58,325 nt of DNA, taken from assembly GCF_001194135.2 (NCBI RefSeq), contig NC_068981.1:7266533-7324857 (forward strand), read 5' to 3'. Numbering within the stretch: the first letter of the stretch is position 1; each line of letters starts with the position of its first letter. Positions 49,455 to 58,325 of this stretch are shown one piece after another. The position numbers were made by a program, and so were the translations under genes. Origin of the DNA: Octopus bimaculoides. Lineage: Eukaryota. The notes beneath the pieces were generated by a model. It searched no databases, had not been told where the DNA came from, and was given only the letters and a program-made list of their open reading frames with translations.

Positions 49455-50267
49455 CAGAGTCATCTCCAAACGGAGAAGAACTGGGACGAGATAACGAGTA
49501 GGGTGGCCACTCTAGCCCGGCAATGGGCCGAGAGGAAGCTGTCTCTAAAAGGTCGGGCGGAGGTGGCGAACATGTACATCGCGTCCGTCATCTACTACTG
49601 TTTGACCGTCGTGCCTTGTCCCGACCCTACCATCACCAAACTGTAAGGCACGAGTCTATCGTGAATATTGTCGCGCCTCCTTCCTTGAAACGGGAAGGAA
49701 GAGCCATTCTAATCGTACTTGTGGCTATGGCGAAAGAATGTGTATGGTGGACGCGTCTGAAAGGTCTTGAGACAAAGACTTTTCTTTCTGGTCAATCTCT
49801 CATCAACTTCTTCAAGTATCACCTGAAGAGGAAGGTGAGAGTAGAAAGGGAAGTCTTGTCAAGTGAATGCTTCAAAAAAAGATGTGTGAATGTAGCAAGA
49901 ATAGCACGTGTGAATGACGGAGCCACCTTGAGCATAATCCTGTAAACGAGATAAAAATGGTAAAAAGAGAGTCACTTACTATAATGTTTTTTTTTTCAAT
50001 GGCAATGACAATATTGGCCAAGGTTACCGTGGTCTTTTCCGTACGTTTTCTTTCCACGGATAAACCTAAACTGTTCCTTCTTTTACATCAGAATATTGCT
50101 GTGATTCACGATCCCTATTGATCGCCTTTTTTCCCCTCTCTTTACGATCCCTTTTGATCGAAAATCTACCCCCTTTTCTTTTCTCTTTTTTTTTCTCTCT
50201 CCTTCCCCTTCCTAAAAAGAAAAGCTCTACATTGTATTTTGTCACTCCTGGGTGGCTAATAAAGAAA
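49455..50267 (+). mobile_element. Tx1/L1-clade LINE 3' fragment with internal deletion and 3'UTR
   Basis: LQTEKNWDEITSRVATLARQWAERKLSLKGRAEVANMYIASVIYY matches the Tx1 post-RT W..R.LSL.GR..V.N motif; C-terminus FFKYHLKRKVRVEREVLS...F; AATAAA at 50258. Confidence 0.85.
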
Positions 50268-50269
50268 CA

Positions 50270-50328
<59 letters not shown>

Positions 50329-50454
50329 ATATATATATATATCTGTCTGTCTATCTATCTTCTCCCCCTCTCTGTTTATATACATGTATATACATATGTG
50401 TGTGTGTATGCCTGTGTGTGTGTGTGGTTTTTACTCGGCATTTTTATACTTTCA

Positions 50455-50793
50455 TCTTTTATTCTTTTACTTGTTTCACTCGTTAGACTGGCCATGCTGG
50501 GGCACCGCCTTGAAGTACATCTTAGTCGAATGAATCGACCTCAGTACTTATTTCTTTAACGCCTGATGCTAATTCTATCGTCTCCTTTGCCGACTGCTAA
50601 GCTACAGGAACAAACACACACACACACACACAGATATACACACAACGGGCTTCTTTCAGTTTCTGTCTCCACTGACAAGGCTTTGGCCAGTCTGAGGCTA
50701 TAGGAGAAGACACTTGCCTAAGGTGCCATGCAGTAGGACTGAACCCTGAAACATCAGATTGTGAAACCAACTTCTCACTACACAGCCACGCCT
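50455..50793 (-). mobile_element. Family A SINE, near full length
   Basis: Reverse complement of caggcgtggctgtgtagtgag...gggttcagtcctactgcatggcaccttaggcaagtgtcttctcctatagcctc... tail. Confidence 0.88.
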
Positions 50794-51136
50794 GTCAATA
50801 TTCTCTTCTCCAAACAGTGTTTAGTAAAATGGAATATTCCTTTACTAAAGCAGCAAATTGGTAAAGAGAAGAGATGCAGTGTGGAAGCAATCAACACGAA
50901 ATTTGATCAATGTTGTGAATATCGATCCCCTAACAGGAGATTAAATAATTACTTGTTTATATGTCTGTGTGCTTAAGTACACTAAACATGCACCGAATAA
51001 AGTACTCAATACTCATTGTGACGTGTCGATTTGTATTTACTCCATGTTTATTGTTTTTAAGTGCATTGACTTTGGAAAGAATCAATTCCCTCTCTCGCTC
51101 TCCCTCGCTTTTTCTCCCTTTCTCTCCCTCTTTGTT

Positions 51137-51173
<37 letters not shown>

Positions 51174-51800
51174 NNNNNNNNNNNNNNNNNNNNNNNNNNN
51201 NNNNNNNNNNNNNNNNNNNNNNNNNNNNNNNNNNNNNNNNNNNNNNNNNNNNNNNNNNNNNNNNNNNNNNNNNNNNNNNNNNNNNNNNNNNNNNNNNNNN
51301 NNNNNNNNNNNNNNNNNNNNNNNNNNNNNNNNNNNNNNNNNNNNNNNNNNNNNNNNNNNNNNNNNNNNNNNNNNNNNNNNNNNNNNNNNNNNNNNNNNNN
51401 NNNNNNNNNNNNNNNNNNNNNNNNNNNNNNNNNNNNNNNNNNNNNNNNNNNNNNNNNNNNNNNNNNNNNNNNNNNNNNNNNNNNNNNNNNNNNNNNNNNN
51501 NNNNNNNNNNNNNNNNNNNNNNNNNNNNNNNNNNNNNNNNNNNNNNNNNNNNNNNNNNNNNNNNNNNNNNNNNNNNNNNNNNNNNNNNNNNNNNNNNNNN
51601 NNNNNNNNNNNNNNNNNNNNNNNNNNNNNNNNNNNNNNNNNNNNNNNNNNNNNNNNNNNNNNNNNNNNNNNNNNNNNNNNNNNNNNNNNNNNNNNNNNNN
51701 NNNNNNNNNNNNNNNNNNNNNNNNNNNNNNNNNNNNNNNNNNNNNNNNNNNNNNNNNNNNNNNNNNNNNNNNNNNNNNNNNNNNNNNNNNNNNNNNNNNN

Positions 51801-51841
<41 letters not shown>

Positions 51842-51934
51842 ATACACATATATGTATTTATGCATATGTGTCTGTGCGTCTCTGTCCATGTGTAGGTGTG
51901 TGTGTGAGGTGGTGTATAAGTATGCATTTTGCTT

Positions 51935-51998
51935 ACTCTTTTACTCTTTTACTCGTTTCAGTCATTTTGACTGTGGCCATGCTGGAGCACCGCCTTTT
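51935..51998 (-). mobile_element. Family A SINE tail fragment
   Basis: gtttcagtcattttgactgtggccatgctggagcaccgcc. Confidence 0.7.
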
Positions 51999-52287
51999 AT
52001 ATTTATATTTATATTTATATTTATACATTTTTTCGTTATCTTTTATCATTTTCCCCGATCTTTTCCGTTTACATTTTATTTGTCTATTTTTCTATAACCA
52101 CCCACACTTAACGTCCTCATTTCATACATACATGTGTGTTTGTGCGCGTGTGTGCGTGTTTGTATGTCTAAGTATGTATAACTTGCACGAAAATACACAT
52201 TCAAAGATTCACACATATAATACATATGTATATATATACCCATATGTGTGTATATATATATAAATATTTTATGTATATGTCTATATG

Positions 52288-52337
<50 letters not shown>

Positions 52338-52961
52338 TTTAATTTATATAAGGGCATTACTATACATTATATTTAGGGAAAAAATGATGTCTTCTTTTTC
52401 CTTATGAGGTTTTTTCACGCTGNNNNNNNNNNNNNNNNNNNNNNNNNNNNNNNNNNNNNNNNNNNNNNNNNNNNNNNNNNNNNNNNNNNNNNNNNNNNNN
52501 NNNNNNNNNNNNNNNNNNNNNNNNNNNNNNNNNNNNNNNNNNNNNNNNNNNNNNNNNNNNNNNNNNNNNNNNNNNNNNNNNNNNNNNNNNNNNNNNNNNN
52601 NNNNNNNNNNNNNNNNNNNNNNNNNNNNNNNNNNNNNNNNNNNNNNNNNNNNNNNNNNNNNNNNNNNNNNNNNNNNNNNNNNNNNNNNNNNCGATCTCGT
52701 GTGCGTGCGTGCGTGTGTTTGTGTATAAGTAAGCAGATAAATGCAATGTGAGATGGGAAAAAATAGTCCTCGAATGTCTGAAGAACGCTCACCCTTAAAC
52801 TTTAGGTAACAGTTTGGGAAGATTGCTTCAGTTGTCGTAGTATGTATGTATGTATGTGTGTGTGTGTGTATCTGTGTGTGTGTATCTGTGTGTGTGTGTA
52901 TGTATGTATGTATGTATGTATGCATGTATGTGTATATATCACACACACATATGAACATGTG

Positions 52962-53001
<40 letters not shown>

Positions 53002-53009
53002 CGTAAATT

Positions 53010-53062
<53 letters not shown>

Positions 53063-53479
53063 CACTTTATATATGTGTGTTCGTGTTCGTGTGTGTGTGT
53101 GTGTGTGTCTCTATAGATTCACTCGTCTATAGACGTACGCACACATCTCCGTCTGTCAATTCATGTAGAAAGCACAACATGCTACATTCGACTGTGAACT
53201 GCTGTAAACTGAAACAATCTCTCTATTTCGATGAAAGTACAACAGACTTTAATATTAATCGTGTGTTACTGTGGCAACAACACAAACAACAACAACAACA
53301 ACAACAGACAACCATGCACAAATTTCATTTCGTACTTTCACACATATTTTCTCTCCCTCTCTGCCTCCCTGCCTCTTTCTATGTCTTTCTTATTCTCCTT
53401 CTTTCACTCCTGTCTCTCTCTCTCCCTCTCTCTCCCTCTCTCTCCCTCTCTCTCTCCCTCTCTCTCACCNNNNNNNNNN

Positions 53480-53552
<73 letters not shown>

Positions 53553-53557
53553 TTAAG

Positions 53558-53629
53558 GCAATATCGACATTGATATCTTTGCTAGAATCGATTGAACTCT
53601 TCATTGAAGAAATAATAAAGAATCAAGCA
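53558..53629 (+). CDS. Candidate 72-nt exon (AISTLISLLESIELFIEEIIKNQA)
   Basis: Follows a (CT)n tract with ttaag| acceptor; donor GCA|gtaagg; single open frame giving an amphipathic-looking peptide. May be chance. Confidence 0.2.
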
Positions 53630-54099
53630 GTAAGGTATGTATTTAGCATGTTGACCCAGAAGATTGCTTCCAGACACATATATATATATATATACATATA
53701 CACGCATGTATATATGTGTGGATGTATGTATGTATGTAGTTACGATACTGACCTAGATACATAAATTCCCACATGCACGCACTCATACATGTATGTGTGT
53801 GTGCATGTGGGTATGAAGAACCAGTTGCTGTTTCAAACCATTGTTACACAGTTCCACTCTGCTCAGTACACTTGTTCTCGTTCAGGTAGGATTTGGTACA
53901 AAGATGAAAGAATGCGTCCAGAGCCTGCAAGCTAAGCCGAAGCTTATTGGCTGACAAAGAAGCTAAAAATGATCTCCCATAACGTGAAGAGGAAGCTAAC
54001 GGTAACTTCATTTAAACCATTAATCACCTTGATGTTGCTATTAATATAACCAGAAAATTTTCATTTCCAATCGCAACAAACATTTCAACCGTCATAACA

Positions 54100-54780
54100 T
54101 CAAGGTCAGTACTACTTACACTTGCGGCGGAATTCACCCGAGATGGGTTGAGTCGGCTCCGACCGACTAGTTTACCACAGCCTTCTGGTCGGCCGCAGTG
54201 GGAGTTGTAATGGATAGCAGAGAAAGTAATGCTTCTGTGTGCAGCCCCAAGGTAGGCCCGTTGGACAAAATGAATGCCGTAGCCGCAGCCGTCATTCACC
54301 TTTGAAGCGTAGAATTCATTTTCGGAATTTCAGTGGGAATAAAGTTCCCATGTGGCCCCCAGTCGCATGCGGACATACTTTGGGATTGTGTGGTCCATAG
54401 CAGCTCATCTCACTGTCGATTGTCGATCGTCGGAGAGGATTTACTGAGCAAGTCACCACCGATTATCGGAGCAGACGCAGCCTGGGTTTCAAGCAGGTTC
54501 TAGAGACATGCTTTAACAAAAGCTAAGAGACGCCTCTCTCCCAATGTCTTCCAGCACTCCGGAATTTCTGAGGGTCCGTGCTACTGCTAGATAATCGTTG
54601 AACCTACACTGAGTTCATCTGTTCTTTTGACAAGTCTTGTTTTTAGTCCTGCTGGGATTCTAGCAACCCTCCTTACCAGGCAACCCCAGCAGAGGTGCCG
54701 GTTTAGTCGCCGACGACCCGACTATGCGGGATTCTATGTTACCAGTAATGCTAATGCAAATGAGCGGCCAGATCAGTGAT
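54100..54780. repeat. GC/CpG-richer island with internal stems, possibly a LINE 5'UTR remnant
   Basis: Composition shift versus flanks; ctgctggg/cccagcag and gtcg/cgac stems; no convincing ORF. Confidence 0.3.
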
Positions 54781-55169
54781 TCCTGCCTGGATAACATCAC
54801 ATATCGAAGAATCCCACACAACTCCAAAAGCTAATATTTAACAGAAAAACCCCATTTTTCTTTCTACTTAGCAGATACTTCCTTTCTGGACTGTATTAAA
54901 AGAAATTTAATAGGTCTTATCCGGAACACATCAAGAAACCTTCACTATCCGCCAGTGTATTCATTCAGATCAAATGACACAGAATATCTCACATATTTCT
55001 TCCATTTCTTCTGGAAATTCTTGCAAGTCTTCTGGGTTATTGATCGGAAAGTACTTCAATAGCACGGAGCTTTGAGGATAAATCCATACGTCAAATGGAT
55101 TTCGAAATTCTAGGCTATACATAACAAAAGCGTTTCAGATATTAAAAGCCGATGACAGCTTCGGGGTCT

Positions 55170-55680
55170 ATTTAATGCCCTGTGAGTGAATTCGGAAGGC
55201 AGAAACGGAGTGGAAACCCGTCATATGTATGTAAATGCACATATAGATATGTGTGTGTGTGTGTGTGTGTGTGCGTGTGTGTATGTTTGTGTATGTACAT
55301 ATATATGTATATATACATATGCATATATATGTATGCATATATATATATACATATATATATATATGTATGTATATATATGTGTGTGTGGGTATATATGCGT
55401 GTGTGTATATATATATGCGCATGTATGTATATATATATATGTCTGCATATATATATAAATGTTGGTATGTGTTTGTTTGTGTTTGTCCACAATCGCTTGA
55501 CAAAAGGTGTTGGTTTGCTTGCGTTGCTATAACTTAGCGGTTCGGCGAAAGAAACTGATACGAATGTACATAACATAAAAATAAATAACTACTGAGGTCG
55601 ATTTGTTCGAATAAAGCCTTTAAAGCGGCGTCCCAGAATGGCTGCTATCCAATGACTGAAACGAGAATAAACAAAAATAA
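55170..55680 (+). mobile_element. Family A SINE, 5'-truncated, with expanded internal (TA/TG)n
   Basis: gccctgtgagtgaattcgg...agaaacggag, then aacttagcggttcggcgaaag...gaggtcgatttgttcga...atgactgaaac. Confidence 0.75.
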
Positions 55681-56229
55681 AATAAATTTGATCTTGTTAA
55701 AGAATTTCTAATTTTAATTTAATTTAATATTTGATTATCAGTTTACATGCGGTTGAATTGTCCAACTTCAAACTTAAACTTTTAAACAAAAATAATCTAG
55801 GAATTTAATAAGATATATTTTTTTAAAAAATGGGTGGAGCACTAGAACCTAAAGAAAGAAAGTCTGCAGAGGCAAAAATGAATGAATAAATACATAATTA
55901 AAATGTATACTAAATAAATAAAACAGTCAAGATATTTTGTAAAATAAGTTGAAAGAAATAAGATTCCTTTCTTGGAAAAAGAGTCCCCCGCAAAACGCTA
56001 GAGAATTCTCAGAGAATACGAAATGATTTCATGGGAAAGGGAAGTGAAAGAGGTTAAATTCCTAAATCTAGATTCCATATTTTAAATTGGAGATAAATCA
56101 GATTAAAGTAACCTATAATTTAATTTTTATATTTAGTTTGCAGAATTCTGGATGTGAAATGTTGAGTTGAATGGTCAAACAATGGATTAGTTAATAAGAA
56201 AAATGATTAACTAGTTGATTAGCAATGAA

Positions 56230-56585
56230 AAAAAGATGGCGATGTCAAGCATTTCCCTGTTGACCTCCTATATTTTATATGTCTTCAAAGACGACTTTAC
56301 GCAGTCCTTAAACTGTATTGTTTGTTTCTGCTGGGGTCATTTTCCACAAGCAAGTCTAATAGATAGCACCTGTTTAGGGAGGGATCTTCTGACCATTCAT
56401 TCAAACAAGGTATCCAGGGTATTCGGTACTGGTGTACCAACTTCCCAATGCTTAGGAGGTCGGTTCCCCTCAAGACCTCTCGGTCTAGATTCCGCAAAGA
56501 TCAGCCAACATTCAGAATATATTTGAGATATCGCTAATGGAAGCGTTCCAGGACCCTTACATGATGCTTGCAAAGGGTCCATATC
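56230..56585 (-). mobile_element. RTE-clade LINE fragment (RT C-terminus)
   Basis: WTPCKHHVRVLERFH*RYLKYILNV...DREVLRGTDLLSI...; RSLPKQVL...GK*PQQKQTIQFKDCVKSSLK matches RTE LERFHQRCLR / RLPKQ.LYGEL..GKR..RFKD.LK motifs. Confidence 0.85.
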
Positions 56586-56754
56586 TCAAATGAATAAAGG
56601 AAGGACGTCAACACACACGTACATATATACATATGTACGTACATGCCTACATATATTTTCCAATCAGCGTTTGATGAACGTGGGCACATTTGTATGCTAC
56701 ATAAGCGACCAATAACATGATTCCTGAATTTAGAGTTCCCCTTATTTTACGTTT

Positions 56755-56915
56755 AAGGGCGGTGGATTGGCAGAATCGTTACAGTATCGACTTTGTAATT
56801 CAAATCTCATCGAGCACAACTTTAACTTTCATTTTTAAGGGGTCGATAAAATAAATACCAGTCAAATACAACAATCGATTAATCCCCTCCTCCAAATTTC
56901 AGGGCCTTATTTTAT
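56755..56915 (+). mobile_element. Family C SINE with internal deletion
   Basis: ggcggtggattggcagaatcgtta...ggggtcgataaaataaataccagtcaa...aaatttcagggcctt. Confidence 0.8.
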
Positions 56916-57064
56916 GGATGTCTCGGTGCATCCGTATCCAGAACATTCTGAAACGACATAGCAGCACACAGCACCACGTCCTAATGTCACGTGTTACTCT
57001 AAATTCAAATATCACTCACCCTCGGAAAAAACAAAACAAAAAAAAAAACAAAACAAAAAAAAAA

Positions 57065-57404
57065 AACAAGAGCACTCAGAGAGCGCAAATGTCCGCCATG
57101 GCAACACCAACGTTCTCTCAACCATTGGACAGAAATGATTTTTAAAATGAGAATATCTGAAATAAACTCGACTGCTCTCACAAACGAGAATACTAAAAAT
57201 GAACCCGACCCGGAAAAATAATTCAGAATCCTTGTCCGGTACCGGATCGATCTCCAAGTCTAATCAGTTTGTGCCAGTCACAAGGCCAAACATCCCTGAA
57301 AGTTTCATCCGAATCCATCCAGTGGCTCTTGAGATATCTGGTCCAAGGACAAACAAACACGACTGAAAACAATACCTCTGCCTTCGCTAGGGCGGAGGTA
57401 AAAA
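57065..57404 (+). mobile_element. Non-autonomous Helentron-type (HINE/DINE-like) element
   Basis: 3' hairpin tacctctgcc-ttcgctag-ggcggaggta (57373-57400); 5' subterminal gtccgcca (57084) complementary to its arm; A-rich flanks at both ends; no TSD seen. Confidence 0.6.
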
Positions 57405-58065
57405 TAGTCATATTTCGAAACCTTGTACTCCTGATTTTGATAAGTAGAATTTTAGCATCGCTTGCAAACTGATTGAATGAAAGAATCTTGGAGCTGTATT
57501 GAATTCCATTTTTGTCTCCCGATATTTTATATTTGTATTTCATATTTGTTTTATTCTTTTCTTTCTTTCTTTCTCACTTTTTGGTTATTCATTTGTTTCT
57601 TTATTTTCCTTCCAATATCAATTCATGTATTTTCTGTTTTCCATTTTCTCTTTTATATTTTAATTCTTGAATCTGAGAAGTATCGTACTTAATGCCAGAG
57701 TCGAGGGTCTATTGACCACTGGTTTCGTAATTGGACAAATACTGAGAGATACACTCCTTCAAATAGACTTGCACGCGCATACACCGTGGATACAAGCTTA
57801 CACACACATACACATATGCATACACATGCGTACATACACGCACACGCAGAGACACACACAGACAGACACACACATACATATGCATACCTACACGCACACA
57901 TGCACATATATATACATACATACATACATACATACACACACACATATATATGTATATATATAAATAAATAAATATATACATATATATAAATCTGTATGCG
58001 TGTACGTGTATATATGTATATACGTATATATACATATATATATATATGTATATATATACATATAC

Positions 58066-58106
<41 letters not shown>

Positions 58107-58291
58107 TATATATATACTTATAATATATATGTACGTATGTATGAGTAGATATAAGTATAAGTATACGTGTGCACATGTGTATGTACGTATATGTATATAT
58201 AAGCATCTATCTACAGGAACGTGTACATATATGCGCTTATCTATGTGTGTGTGTGTGTATACAGACATATATATATATATGTGTATATATC

Positions 58292-58325
<34 letters not shown>

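Noticed and set aside
54024-54299. 91-aa minus-strand ORF MNDGCGYG...
   Set aside because: No recognisable domain; it lies within the GC-richer repeat-like island.
944-58268. Long ORFs in the ORF track (poly-X, poly-YI/HT/CV/LS/D/T etc.)
   Set aside because: They are translations of N gaps and microsatellites; there is no protein-like content.

Overview
Eukaryotic, AT-rich, repeat-dominated scaffold segment. About 11 kb (~19%) is N gaps, and nearly every gap is flanked by a microsatellite, as expected in a short-read assembly. The SINE families and microsatellite load resemble a coleoid cephalopod (octopus-like) genome; this is inferred from recalled repeat families, not a database search. 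I find no complete protein-coding gene, rRNA, true tRNA or CRISPR array. Almost all ORF-track entries are translations of microsatellites or N runs. Recognisable content: three tRNA-headed SINE families (~20 copies or fragments); decayed LINE fragments (R4/Dong-type RLE x3, CR1, RTE, Tx1/L1, Penelope RT); decayed mariner and Tc1 transposases; several MITEs or foldbacks; a Helentron-type non-autonomous element; and a few candidate small + strand exons of an unidentified gene. Most notable: (1) hammerhead-ribozyme motifs in a non-coding Penelope/retrozyme-like repeat (best at 8432-8490, another on the minus strand at 27105-27141, and an oddly ordered set of hammerhead parts at 8698-8768); (2) an RLE-type LINE family sitting in (ATAC)n microsatellites at both copies; (3) a 582-bp MITE with an 8-bp TSD nested in that LINE and carrying RFX/NRF1/CCAAT-type motifs.
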